NCBI RefSeq assembly: GCF_009914755.1
Contig: NC_060925.1
DNA from: the human T2T-CHM13v2.0 reference genome, Homo sapiens
DNA: 64,000 nucleotides
Reading direction: 5' to 3' (one strand)
Part shown: piece by piece, positions 17,380 to 31,200 of the stretch
Layout of the letters: the number at the start of each line of letters is the position of its first letter
How positions within the stretch are numbered: the first letter of the stretch is position 1
Position numbers and translations under genes: made by a program
Notes under the pieces: model-generated
The model's database searches: none
What the model was told of the DNA's origin: nothing
What the model saw: only the letters and a program-made list of their open reading frames with translations

Positions 17380-17507
17380 GGTTTTGAACCAAGAGGAACA
17401 GCAATAGGCCAGAGATTGGTCACATGGAATAATATGGTGAAAAATACAGGATACAAAGCAACATTAGCAAATTATCCCTTTAAATATGCAGATGAACAAG
17501 CCAAAAG
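17380..17507 (+). CDS. DISP1: DISP1 coding exon ([16 protein letters not shown]...YADEQAK)
   Basis: Acceptor ttgccttag and donor gtaatc. The exon is 128 nt (42 codons + 2 nt), and the frame is continuous with both neighbours. Confidence 0.95.
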
Positions 17508-17872
17508 GTAATCAATTATTTATTTTTATATAACTTTTAGACAAAACATTGCTGAATGAATTCCTCTTCAAATACTGCCTAAACAAAAAATTTAAATGTA
17601 AAATGTGTGGCTCAAAATCTTTGCCACTGAATTTGCTTAACTTGTCATTGTGTTTGAAGATTTTGTTGTAGTAGGATGAAAAGGTGAGATTTTCTTTTTT
17701 TTTTTCTTTTTTAGAAGTGAGAAAATTAATGTTGGTTGCTTCTTCTAATCCTTTCAACTTAATATCAAGGACTAAGCAGGTCATGGCTTTGAGGAAGTAA
17801 TGTTTCCAGTATGCTTATCAGCTTTGAAATAACGAGAACTTTATTGAAGATCAAATTGTCGTTCCATTTCAG

Positions 17873-17970
17873 CCATCGGGATGATAGATGGTCAGATGAT
17901 CATTATGAAAGAGAGAAAAGAGAAGTTGACTGGAACTTCCACAAGGACAGCTTTTTCTGCGACGTTCCAA
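17873..17970 (+). CDS. DISP1: DISP1 coding exon ([32 protein letters not shown]), containing the furin-type REKR site at 17910-17921
   Basis: Acceptor tttcag and donor gtgagt; 98 nt. The R-x-K-R motif fits the known furin cleavage of DISP1 in its first extracellular domain. Confidence 0.95.
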
Positions 17971-18724
17971 GTGAGTGACATTGTAGATGAACAAACCACT
18001 CAGCAGTTTGCTCGCATTTAAAATTGAACATGATCACAGTCTAGACTGATAGCCGTGTGTGGCTAGTCACACAGCTTCACTGTTGCTGTTGAACCTAAAG
18101 AAATTTTGGCTAATTAACTTTTTCTTTTACTTCTCTAGTTTAGTCAACTACTAGTCTGAGTTTATTATATTATTAAAATTAATGAAAAAGTAATGATTGA
18201 GTTTTCTTATTTTAAGGAAGATATAAATCTAATGAAATTCTTGACCTTGCCCAACATTTCAAGTCTTTTTAAAAATTCCTTGTACTATTTATTTCTAGAT
18301 CAAGTACAGGTACATATTTTTGCATTGAACCTTGAAATAATCTGTTGAATTATTAAAAAATTATTTAAAGTTCCAATTCATTCTAAAGTGAATCAGAAAA
18401 TGGCTTAAAGTTCTGATTCATTCAAAAAGCAATACTATATTAAGAGCCTTCTGTGTGTTACCTCATCACTAGGCAGTAGAGGTAGAGAGGTGAAAAAAAT
18501 AAAGTCTAGAGGTTCAAAGTTTGAATGCCTCAGGGGCCTGGCATATAATCCAAGTGAATAAAGCTAGCTAGGTGTGACAGGAGAAGTGATGGTGATTGTG
18601 GAACACTAAGGAACATCTGCCCTGTCGAAAGAAATCGGCTGCTACTTAGCCGCGACAAAAGATGGGGTTCTAGAAATGAGGGCCCAAATGTTGCAAGAAC
18701 TTGCCAGAGGTCAAAAACCCAGAA

Positions 18725-19032
18725 TTTTTTTTTTTTTTTTTTTTTGAGACAGAGTTTTGCTCTTGTTGCCCAGGCTGGAGTACAATGGCGCAATCTTGTC
18801 TCACCACAACCTCCATCTCCCAGGTTCAAGCGATTCTCCTGCTTCAGCCTTCCCGAGTAGCTGGGATTACAGGCATGCACCACCATGCCTGGCTAATTTT
18901 GTATTTTTAGTAGAGACGGGGTTTCTCCATCCGTGTTGGTTAGGCTGCTCTCGAACTCCCGAACTCAGGTGACCATACCGCCTTGACTTCCCAAAGTGCT
19001 GGGATTACAGGCATGAGCCACCGCACCTGGCC
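18725..19032 (-). mobile_element. AluS (Sp/Sq-like)
   Basis: Antisense Alu with gagttttgctcttgttgcccagg. Confidence 0.9.
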
Positions 19033-19979
19033 AAGAATCCAGATTTGAATGTGGAGCCATTAATTCTCTAAATGTTGGCAACAAATTCACTACCCAAAAT
19101 TTGCTGTAACATGGAGTCAGCCTGATTACTCTGCAGCTGCCAGAGAAGAAGGAAGGCACAGCCTAGAGGACATGAATATAAGTATGTAAGCCATTGATTA
19201 GCCATAGTGATTAGGATTGAGGAATTGTGGATAGTATAATTTTTAATTAAGTGAATATTAACATTAAAGCTCTTTTGATTTCAGCTTTTGCTGTTGGTGT
19301 TGAAAATCCCTCTTAAATGTATTTTTTCCTGTCTTATTAGAACACTAGATGACCTGATTGGATCTTTGATGTTTCTGGAGTTTACCAAGTCTCAGGGTCT
19401 TTATTTTGATCACTTACTCTGTATAGTAATAGATAGTAGGAGATGAGGCAGAACCTTATACTGATCCCAGGAAGCAATACATGTTTCCTTTTCTGTCTCT
19501 TCTCTTAAAAAACATTAGAAAATTGAACTCTGGTTACTTGCATGTTCTGGCTGGTTTATTTCTCTCAATCAAAGTATTAGTATATATTATTGCTTAACCA
19601 ACATCTGTTAGTTATGATCTTAACCAGGAAAAACATTACATTTCAATAGTCAACAGTAAATGCTGTCTCATAAGTAGATTCTGCCTTGACTAAAGCCATT
19701 ACCAGCTCTATGTAAATGAAATGCTTCAGTTTCTACCAGGCTGATTTTGCTCTCCAAAATCAGTCAACATGAGATAATAGCCAAAACTTCATGATCATAA
19801 ATAAAAACTTTTATAATAAAGCTTTATTCATAAATTTACCAGCTTATTTGTTAGCACAATTAGACATTTTAACTATCATAAAATTAATCTTCTTTGTTTT
19901 ATGTGGTTCATATTCTTTAATACGTGGTTCATATTGTTTCTGTTCTGAGGATACAGAAACAATATTGTTGGGCATCTAT

Positions 19980-20135
19980 TATTATCTCATTTAATTCTCA
20001 CAGCTATTTGAGATAGATATTGCTGTCTGCATTTTACAAATGAAGAACCAAGGCTCAGAGAAGTTGTTAGTTGCCTAAGGTCACATAGCTAGTAAATGAC
20101 AGGACCTGGTTATATCCTAATCTGACTTTAAAGAC
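19980..20135. mobile_element. MIR SINE remnant
   Basis: MIR core cattttacaaatgaagaaccaaggctcagagaagtt...ttgcctaaggtcacatagctagtaaatg. Similar remnants lie at about 22450-22640, 40010-40165 and 58080-58250. Confidence 0.7.
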
Positions 20136-20751
20136 CATGCATGCTCTTTCTGGTATATCATACAACCTCCCTTATTCAGAAACATATTTTTTTGTTAATC
20201 TGATTTTCAAAATATTTTTTCTAGCCTCTAGTGTACCAGAGAGACCATGTACTCGACCAGAATGTGGCCAGCATTCTGTACTTAGTTGACTGTTTTTAGC
20301 GATTTTAAATAGATCACCCACCATCTCTCCTCTCTAGTTAGCTGCCAGGGAGAACATCCCTATAATCCATTCTTGGTATTCCCTAGTGCATCTTTTTGTA
20401 TTAGGGTGATGTGTTGTGAAATTAAGAGGGATATATTCAATTCGTTTCCTGTTGTAAATTCCTGTGGATTTTTCTTCCTATAGTCTGACCAAAAATAGAT
20501 TTGCTATATAATTCATACAATTTTAAGATGTAGTGAGTAGACAAAGGCTTTGCGCTAAGACAATATTATGGCATTGCTTTTTTTTTTCTTTTAACATTTT
20601 CTCCTGGAATTTATCAAAGGAAAGAATTTCCTGCTGCTAATGAATCATCCATGTGGTTTCCCAGTTTGAATTATTTCCAAATCCTGAGTCTTATGAAATA
20701 AATGAATAATTTATAAACCTTTTTCTTTCCTTTTTTTTTTCATATCACCAG

Positions 20752-20849
20752 GTGACCGATATTCCAGAGTGGTATTTACTTCATCTGGAGGGGAGACATT
20801 ATGGAATTTACCTGCAATTAAATCAATGTGCAATGTAGATAATTCCAGG
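20752..20849 (+). CDS. DISP1: DISP1 coding exon (DRYSRVVFTSSGGETLWNLPAIKSMCNVDNSR)
   Basis: A pyrimidine tract and ccag acceptor, with donor gtatgt. The exon is 98 nt (2 nt + 32 codons) and ends in phase 0. Confidence 0.95.
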
Positions 20850-22879
20850 GTATGTAAGATAAAAACTAAAATCTCCTTAGCACAAATAAGGTTGTATTAT
20901 TGAAACTCCTTTTACTGCTGACCCTGGTTTCTGATCAGATGAAAGTACTTCAGAGGCTTACCTACTGAGGAGTAAACTCCAGCAGGCCAGCTTTGCATTC
21001 TTTCAGATCCCAGGATCAAAGTGTCCGTGTTTCCTTCAACTTTAAAACATACCATCTTCCTTTTTCTTTCCCATTCATGATCTCTGGCTGTTGATGGTGT
21101 TTTCTGTTATTTCACATAGTATTTCTTTTCAGTATAATATTTAAGACTGTTTTTCTTCTTTTGTTGTATTTTTATTTCCTAACCTAGTTTCATTGTTCCC
21201 TATTTCCTGCCCTGAGGCAGTTGTCAGCATCTTAATTGTGCAATGAAATGCCTGCCTCTCTGGCAATCACTGGGTCATTTGGGCCAGTGACCTCAAAGGG
21301 AAATTTAGGGAGCAGGCTGGGAAAGGGGACATCAAAGAGCATAAATACAGTATCTATGTAAATGACCACAGTAATCCAATCCAAACTGCCCTGAATGCTA
21401 AACACCTTGCTGCTTCGGGAGACACCGGGATGCAAGAAGACAGGCGCTTTGTCTCTCAGTCTTCTCTACAGCCAAAAACATGTCCGCATCAGAAAATGTA
21501 GTGAGCTTCTGGGTTTGGAAGAGCTGTCAATTTCATATGTTCAGAGATAGTTTCTCTAAATAGAAACTGCTATCTGATGTCACTAATGAACTTGTCCAAG
21601 CATAGCAACCAGCATAAAAGGAACTCTTTGTGTTCTCAGCATAACTCTAAAATGTAAAATGACTGGTTAAAAAATCGAATCATGTGCCGTGCTGAGAGCT
21701 AGCCTGACCACCTGATGCAATCACCTGTTCGGTCAACAGGGAAATTTCTTAATGAAATAGGCAGTAGAAAGGAAAGAAGAGATCACCCAAACCAGCAGTC
21801 TCATTGTACTAACATGAGTACCTTCTAAGAACTAAGTATCTTAACCAGGTAACCTAGTTAGTTGGTCCCAGACCTCCCAGATTTACCCCATCCTTCATTC
21901 TAAGAGGCTGTTTGTACATTTTGAAAATGACTTTCCAATCGACTGAGGTATCAGGATTTTCTGTCAGTGCTATCTTCCTTTCACATAGACCAAAGCCACA
22001 AACGATCTATAAATAGACCAAAGTTTCTTAATTGGTGATCAATTTTTATTTGTGATGTTTTCTTCTCTTCTACAGCTATCAGTTCCTTATTTGAAGGCTA
22101 TGAACCTATTTCTCTTTGTCATGCATTAGGATACTTCTTATACAGAAAATTAACTCTAAAGTTGTAAATGTGTAGCGAAATTTACTATGTGCAAGACTTT
22201 ATGCTGGGTACTTGTACATCACTCACAGTGGATCTGTGACCTTGGAATTTACAATGCATTTTACACGGATGATAAATTAAGCTAAGAGAAGCTAAGCCAG
22301 TCTGGTTACTTTATAATCTCACCTTGGATGAGTACAGTTCATTAATTTCTATTCCTTCTTGTCCTCATTCTTCTACCTTTGGTTGATCTTCAGACCTTCC
22401 CTTTCCTGAAGACTCTGAAGTGATTGAATTCACTCAGTTAATTAATAGCTGATATTTAGTGAGTATTTACCATGTGCCAGGAAGTGTTCTAAATACTTTA
22501 ATACATTATTTCATTTAATCCCAATGACAGTGTTGTGAATTAAATACTAAATAGCCCATTTTTCAGTTGAGGAAAGTTCACATCTGTGGTCAGGGGCACT
22601 TCCAGGATTGGAACCCAGCCAAGTTGAACTCCAGCGTCTGCCTTTACCCACCCTGCTTTATGCTTCTAGTGAGGAAGATACCTCCCCCGTTTTGTTTCCT
22701 GTATATGCCATTTCCCACACAAATGAAGCTTAAAAAGTCACTGTGGTCTGGAATAAGTATCCTTTTTTTTCTTAAAGAGCTAGCAATTTATTCCATGAGT
22801 ACATGTTAGACTCTGAGACTCAAAAGCCAGTAAGCAATAGTACGCCATGGTGGCTTTCATAAATAAAAGTAGTATAGTC

Positions 22880-22901
22880 TCTCATCTCTCCTCTCTCTCT
22901 G

Positions 22902-22933
<32 letters not shown>
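22880..22933. repeat. (CT)n(AT)n compound microsatellite
   Basis: Read directly from the sequence. Confidence 0.9.
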
Positions 22934-22934
<1 letters not shown>

Positions 22935-25900
22935 TTGTAAACTACCTCAACATGATTTATATAGATAGATAGATGATAAAAATCATCATGTTGAGGTAGT
23001 TTACAGAAAAGCATATGCAAAGGATGAGATAAATAAGTTGAATGAAATACATGAAGGGAAAACAATGGGAGGAAAATAATAAAGCTAAGGATGAGATTTA
23101 TACTAATGCACACCCCACAATCTTGTACATTTGCTGATGGGAGCTGCAAACTTATCTGTAACCTCCCAGCAGCCAGAGCAAAAAGGATTCACAATCAGTA
23201 ACAAAAGTCATATAAATAGGGTAACAAGTTTGTTTTTTAGAAGCCCAGCTTTTCCTCCTGCTAAGACGGGAGGAGACAGTTCCCCCATAGTCTTCATAAA
23301 AGAAGTGTGACACTGTGTACAAAATTTTTAACAGGGTGCTTAGAAGAGATACAATATTAAAGTTCAGCTGATTTGCAAAACATAGGTAGGCTGGTAGCAA
23401 GAAAACATTACAGTAAAAGCATTTCTATAAGAGATCAAAGCAATGGAATCTATGTGGCTTTCTAATGGTTTAGCTTGTTGCATTTGCATAATTTAGATTA
23501 TCTAAAGGAATAGATGTACTCTGCTTGTCTATCTTTCTACCGAGTTGATAAGGATAGGACAGCTGTGAGTTTAAGTTTGTAATCCCTGGCAAGAACAGTA
23601 CAACTACATGTTTTTAGTACATATTTTCTAAGTCAACAACTAAAAGCATTATCTATATGCTTTGGCAGTTAATTAGGAAGAGAGCAGTATTGCGGTGCTC
23701 TTGTGAGAATTTGAGAAACAGACTCAAGACATGTGTCAAAATGAATGGTTGGTATGGCCAATTATAGATCCATACCAACAAATGAATAAATAGGTGATCA
23801 AAGCCCCAAAAGTCTACCTCAAAGAGTATGGTTATCATTTTAGCTTGTTAAATACTATTTTTACCAATTATAAACACCTTTGTATTCTAGTCTCAAACTC
23901 TATGAACCTGGAATAATAAACCTTTCTCATGGAGATAATATATTCATCTGATATCTTAAGTAATAACTATTGGTTAACAGTTCGACTTTCAGAATATTAC
24001 TGTACCTTTTTTTAGTCTCCCAGTTGAAGACACTGTTAGGGGTTTTCTTTGTTACAGTGGTTCGAGCAGAGTTGTCCTAAGACTACTTGGCAGTTGTTCC
24101 TCTCCCCAGCCCCCAAATCCTGGTTGTTATATGGAAGCACTTGATTATTAACAACTATGAAGTTAAATGGGGCGCAACCAGGCAATAGCAAGCAGAAGAC
24201 CTTAATTGTTGGTGGGTTGACTCCAGAAAACGTCTGGTAATTAGTATAATATCTCAGTGAGACCAGATGTTTCAATTGTCACCTGCCTGTGTTTACAGCA
24301 CATTTAGTTCAAACTCTAGGTTTTGTTTAAATTACATGCCATTTGTACTCATAATTCAGACATTGGTTTCCAAAGTGAAGTACTTCTGTTTCTGATCCTG
24401 TTGTCTACCTCTTAACAGAAATGCTTGTTTCCTTACACACTTTCAAAAGGAGCTTCAGTTGATTCCCCTACTCTTCTTCATTGCCTCTTTCTGCCCTTTG
24501 ACATCCTAAGGGACACACTGGTGTCGTTAGTAACCAGAAGTGAGTCTCTCTAATCTTGACTCTGCTGGAAACCATGTACTTGTTCCATAGTCTTTGTACA
24601 ATGTAGAAGTTGGAGCTCTGAGGACTCAGCTTGTAAAGGGATTTGAAATTTGGTGTCAGAGACTGTTTACTAGGGTGACTTTTGTAGACAGCTAGAAAAC
24701 CCCTGAAGCTTAGAAGATCCCAGAAACATGTTTTCCTATTCTTGTTTTAAAGAGGGCTACAGAGCCCTTGCTTTTTCTTTTCTCCCGAGGCTCCCCTTAA
24801 ACGTTTAATACATAGGGAGGTTGGTTACGCGTGGAGGAGGGTCCGGCAGTCAATTGAACCTGGTATTAAGGGCTTAATTTTCCTCCCTTTTGTTCTTTTC
24901 TCAGCTTCTTAAAATATCTGCAACTTAGCCAATAGTTTTAAAAGTTAAGGTATCATTTAAAACTCTCTGCTGGTTTCTTCTTTTTCTCTCTTCTCTTACT
25001 TTACCCTCTATTTTAAGTCAACTCCACCCCTGGCACTATCTAACTAGGGAAGTGTGCCAAGAGATGTTATAACCACATAAGCACAATGATTCCCCTAAAC
25101 ATCCATTTTGTGAATAACTAGAATTAGAAGGGCTATATTCCTCATGAGAGGTATAAGAAGTTGCTTCCACTAACTCCATTTTTATTTTTATAAACTTCAA
25201 AGATTTTGAAATTATTCCTATGAATCCCTCTTCCAAAAATATGGCAAAAACATATCTGTGTTCTGTGTGAAGACATACCTGTTTTCCAGTCTCTTTAAGC
25301 CCCATAATATAATACATGCTTCTGTGTTTCTGTATCTCAGTCACACATGACTAAGTTAGTGCCATTGTCACATCATACTTACAGACTTTGGTACTTTCTC
25401 TGTAGGTCACCATAAGCCCTTACAGATAATACCATACTTCTCGCTTTGAATTACAGTTACTTATGTTTGTGTCTGATTTCCCTGCCACACTGTGAACAAT
25501 TTGGAGGAAGGACAACTGTGCCTTATTCATCTTATGTAGATGCTCAGTAAATTTGCTTTTGAATGGATGAATAGATCCAGAACATATGACCTTACTCCCT
25601 AAAAGTACAGACAATTCCTTGAACTCCATTCCTTTAAATTCAGCGTGTTGGCATCCAACTCAGGGTAGAGAAAACCAGTCACGATGTCTTTTCTCTGTCC
25701 TTATTTCTTACCCTGTATGAGTTCTCGAAAACTGGTTTTCCAAAGGTTGACCATCAATCAGTACCATCTTTGAATTGGAGGACTGGCTCCCCAGTGACTT
25801 ACTAGCACTCGTTTTTAATAGCAGCCATCAAAATAGTATTTAATCTGTGTTTATAATGTCTAACCGCTTAATCTTTGGTCAACTATACACATCTAAAAAT

Positions 25901-27392
25901 GTGCTATTATTTGAAAAGGTTATTCAAGGACAGAATTCTATGCTTTCTCTCCCAGTTTTAGTTGGCAACTCCATGTCCTTTATCTTTGGCATTTGGTTAT
26001 TTCAGCAACTACAGGTATTTTCCTTCTAGCTGATAATGGATTTTCATAATGGATACAGTTCATTTTCTTCCATTTGAAAACTGTCAGACATTGGGGTTGC
26101 ATTACCTTTCATTCAGTTCATCAAGCTGACCCTAGTGGTTTGTGTGTTACGTCTTTGTAAGGTAAAACTGGTAACCTGCCATGAAAACCAGTGAGATGCC
26201 ATTCCAGGGTTTCCTGTTGTTGGGTGGTTCAGTTTTCCCTAAGTTAGCGTATGTGAATGTTTTTATCTGGAAACAGTCAAGTATGAATTATCCTAGTTTA
26301 TGGAATGTTTACGATTGCTCCTCAAAAATGAGCTTTAAAATGAAGGCTTTGTTAAAGTAAATATTATTTTAGTACATTTGAACAAAAACCTTTTGGGTTC
26401 ATTTTTCTTTACCCTCAATCTGTAGAAAAACAAACAACTTTTTATTATGGAAATTCTCCAGCATATACAAAAGTAGAGAAATAGTATAATGGACTGTCGA
26501 AATAGGACACCCAATTCCACAGTCTCAACACATGGCCAGTCCTGTTTCATCTATACCCCACCCCCACAGGATTAGTCCCAGGAAAGTATCCTGATAAACA
26601 GAGTTCAGGGATCATAGGTAACTTGGTTCTTGGGTAAGTCCCAGTTCTGAAGCAGTGATTCATGCCAGCTTCTGCTCTACTTTGAGAAGACATTTCAATA
26701 CATGATTGATAAAGCCAGTTTAATCAAGGTAAAGAGTGTTTTTAATCCTACTAGAAAAAAAAAATATTCACTTCCTCTTTGAACTTTGGAGTTTCTTCCC
26801 TGGAACAGCCTTTGGTAAATAGAGATGAGGGAAACTGATAGGACCAGGTCATCTTTAGTTCTGGTTCTCCTAAAGAGAAGTCTCTAGTCAGGCTCAGGAG
26901 AAGAGGAATATTTCTTATTCTCACCTCAGAGAAGAGGGGCTACTCATCTAATTTACAGGATGGAATGGTTCAGACTTTAATCTAGCAAACCAGTGATGGA
27001 ACAATTTTTCAATTTTTTATAACAATAGCCATAAGATGGAAAGCCTTCTCCAGGAATAGTGTTTTAAATGAAATACTGTCCACACCAAATCCAGAATTAC
27101 CATACTTGCTAATGTGCAGCAGGTCCTCATTTACCAAAAGAGAAAGTTTTCAAAAAAAGGATTTTTGCCAATTTGAATAAACTTTATGGAAGAAATAATT
27201 AAATTCTTACTTAGGCATTTATTTTATTGTATATACCAATTTAAAAATCAGATATCAATCATATTTTAATCCAGAAACATTGCCCTTTTCTACTCATACT
27301 TCAGGAAACAATTTTATTCCAAACCTTTATGCTTCTTGACATCAGCACTTTTGATATTACTGGGGTCACTTTTTGATTCACCAAACAGTCTT

Positions 27393-27716
27393 TGTCTTAA
27401 TCTGTTTGGGCTTCTGTGACAAAATACCTCGGACTGGGTAATTTATAAACAACAAAAATTTAATTCTTATAGTTCCAGAGGCTGAGAAGTTCAAGATCAA
27501 GGAATTAGCAGATTCAGTCTGGTGAGGACCTGTTCCTCATAGATGGGGCATTCTACGTGTCCTCATGACCTCTTATAAAAGCACTACTCCCATTCATGAG
27601 GGCTCCTCCCTTGTGATTTAGTCACCTTCCAAAAAGTCACACCCCCTAACACTAACACACTGGGGATTAGGTTTCAACTTGAATTTGGGAGGAGCACAAA
27701 CATTCAGACCAAAGCA
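27393..27716 (-). mobile_element. MLT1A-type MaLR solo LTR
   Basis: TG...CA ends, and gactgggtaatttataaacaac...gaagttcaagatcaagg...aaacattcagaccaaagca matches antisense MLT1A/A0. Confidence 0.75.
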
Positions 27717-28251
27717 GTTCTCTAGGGAATATCATCTTTGCTTCTAACTGTGTTGACTGAAATATAGTACTTTAGTCACCAACAATTTCATGCTGATAAC
27801 CAGAATTTTAGGCAAAACCACAAATTTGTTTCATATATCAAGTGTACGGTTTTCTTAATCCTATGCATGTATATACATAAGCTTCACAACCTGTCCATTT
27901 TATTGCTTTTTAAAGTGGCTTTGAAAAGGCTTGTTGACTAAGTAGGTGTTAATTTGATCTCCTTTTGTAAACAAAACTAGCATTGGTTGAAGTTGTTTCA
28001 CACTTGCATGTCATCCCCAAACAGTAGTTTTTAATTCAGAATAAAGTAACCTAAAGGGCATCCTGTAACATGACGCCATTTAGGGGAAATTTCACCCTGT
28101 ATTCAAACTGATTCCTAGTTTAAGTGGATAATTATTTAGCTTTTGTAACTTTCCCTGTCCCTCAAGATCACCTTAGTGCAGTCCTTTCCAGTTGTGAACG
28201 ATTGTGAACCAATTTAAACTGTAGTCCTTCTGCTTGTCTCTATCTCTGCAG

Positions 28252-31200
28252 ATCAGATCTCATCCCCAGTTTGGTGATCTCTGCCAGAGGACCACTGCTG
28301 CCTCCTGCTGCCCCAGCTGGACACTGGGAAACTACATCGCCATTCTGAACAATAGATCGTCCTGTCAGAAAATAGTTGAGCGAGACGTTTCTCATACCTT
28401 GAAGCTGCTTCGGACTTGTGCCAAACACTACCAAAATGGCACTCTGGGGCCAGACTGCTGGGACATGGCAGCCAGAAGAAAGGACCAGCTCAAGTGCACC
28501 AATGTGCCACGCAAATGTACCAAGTACAATGCTGTGTACCAGATCCTCCATTACTTGGTGGACAAAGACTTTATGACCCCAAAGACGGCTGACTATGCCA
28601 CGCCAGCTTTAAAATACAGCATGCTCTTCTCTCCCACAGAGAAAGGGGAGAGCATGATGAACATTTACTTGGACAACTTTGAAAACTGGAACTCTTCTGA
28701 CGGCGTGACTACCATCACCGGGATTGAGTTTGGTATCAAACACAGTTTGTTTCAGGATTATCTTCTAATGGATACTGTGTATCCTGCCATAGCCATTGTA
28801 ATTGTCCTTTTAGTTATGTGTGTCTACACCAAGTCCATGTTTATCACTCTGATGACAATGTTTGCAATAATCAGTTCTTTGATTGTTTCCTATTTTCTCT
28901 ATCGTGTAGTATTTCACTTCGAATTTTTTCCTTTTATGAACCTCACTGCCCTCATTATTTTGGTTGGAATTGGAGCAGATGATGCTTTTGTCCTGTGTGA
29001 TGTTTGGAACTACACAAAATTTGATAAGCCTCATGCCGAAACCTCAGAAACAGTAAGCATCACCTTGCAGCACGCTGCCCTCTCCATGTTCGTCACCAGT
29101 TTTACCACTGCTGCTGCCTTTTATGCTAACTATGTTAGCAACATTACAGCAATCCGATGCTTTGGGGTTTATGCGGGGACAGCTATATTGGTGAATTACG
29201 TTTTGATGGTCACATGGCTTCCAGCAGTTGTTGTGCTGCATGAGCGGTATCTTCTTAATATATTCACTTGCTTCAAAAAGCCCCAGCAGCAAATATATGA
29301 TAACAAAAGCTGCTGGACAGTGGCTTGCCAGAAGTGCCACAAAGTACTCTTTGCCATTTCAGAAGCATCTCGAATTTTTTTCGAAAAAGTATTGCCATGC
29401 ATTGTCATTAAGTTTCGCTACCTTTGGCTGTTTTGGTTCCTTGCCTTAACTGTAGGTGGGGCCTACATTGTATGTATAAATCCAAAGATGAAACTGCCCT
29501 CACTGGAGTTATCCGAGTTCCAGGTGTTCCGGTCGTCCCATCCTTTTGAGCGTTATGATGCTGAATACAAAAAGCTTTTCATGTTTGAACGTGTTCACCA
29601 TGGCGAGGAGCTCCACATGCCCATCACAGTAATCTGGGGCGTGTCCCCAGAAGACAATGGCAACCCACTAAATCCCAAGAGTAAAGGGAAGTTGACATTA
29701 GATAGCAGTTTTAACATCGCCAGCCCAGCTTCCCAGGCCTGGATTTTGCACTTCTGTCAAAAACTGAGAAACCAAACATTCTTTTACCAGACTGATGAAC
29801 AGGACTTCACCAGCTGCTTCATTGAGACATTCAAACAGTGGATGGAAAACCAGGACTGTGATGAGCCTGCCCTGTACCCATGCTGCAGCCACTGGAGCTT
29901 CCCCTACAAGCAAGAGATTTTTGAACTGTGCATCAAGAGAGCTATCATGGAGCTGGAAAGGAGTACAGGGTACCATTTGGATAGCAAAACCCCAGGGCCG
30001 AGGTTTGATATCAATGATACTATCAGGGCAGTGGTGTTAGAGTTCCAGAGTACCTACCTCTTCACACTGGCTTATGAAAAGATGCATCAGTTTTATAAAG
30101 AGGTGGACTCGTGGATATCCAGTGAGCTGAGTTCGGCCCCTGAAGGCCTCAGCAATGGTTGGTTTGTCAGCAATCTGGAGTTCTATGACCTCCAGGATAG
30201 CCTCTCCGATGGCACCCTCATTGCCATGGGGCTGTCAGTTGCTGTTGCATTTAGCGTGATGCTGCTGACAACTTGGAACATCATCATAAGCCTTTATGCC
30301 ATCATTTCAATTGCTGGAACGATATTTGTCACTGTTGGTTCTCTTGTCCTGCTGGGCTGGGAGCTCAATGTGTTGGAATCTGTCACCATTTCGGTTGCCG
30401 TCGGCTTGTCTGTAGACTTTGCCGTCCATTATGGGGTTGCCTACCGCTTGGCTCCAGATCCCGACCGAGAAGGCAAAGTGATCTTCTCTCTGAGTCGCGT
30501 GGGCTCTGCGATGGCCATGGCTGCCCTGACCACCTTCGTGGCAGGGGCCATGATGATGCCCTCCACAGTTCTAGCTTACACCCAGCTGGGCACCTTCATG
30601 ATGCTCATCATGTGTATCAGTTGGGCTTTCGCCACCTTCTTTTTCCAGTGCATGTGCCGGTGCCTTGGACCACAGGGTACCTGTGGTCAGATTCCTTTAC
30701 CTAAAAAACTACAGTGCAGTGCCTTTTCCCATGCCTTGTCTACAAGTCCCAGTGACAAGGGACAAAGCAAAACACATACCATAAATGCTTATCATTTAGA
30801 TCCCAGGGGCCCAAAATCTGAACTGGAGCATGAGTTTTATGAATTAGAACCTCTGGCTTCCCACAGCTGCACTGCCCCTGAGAAGACCACTTATGAAGAG
30901 ACCCACATCTGCTCTGAATTTTTCAACAGCCAAGCAAAGAATTTAGGGATGCCTGTGCATGCAGCTTACAACAGTGAACTCAGCAAAAGCACTGAAAGTG
31001 ACACTGGCTCTGCCTTGTTACAGCCCCCTCTTGAACAGCATACCGTGTGTCACTTCTTCTCTCTGAATCAGAGATGTAGCTGCCCCGATGCCTACAAACA
31101 CTTGAACTATGGCCCACACTCTTGCCAGCAGATGGGGGACTGCTTGTGCCACCAGTGCTCTCCTACCACTAGCAGCTTTGTCCAGATCCAAAACGGCGTG

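Noticed and set aside
28234-28251. Apparent start of the 1201-aa ORF (MSLSLQ)
   Set aside because: It starts at a TTG inside the intron's pyrimidine tract. The real exon begins at 28252, after cag.
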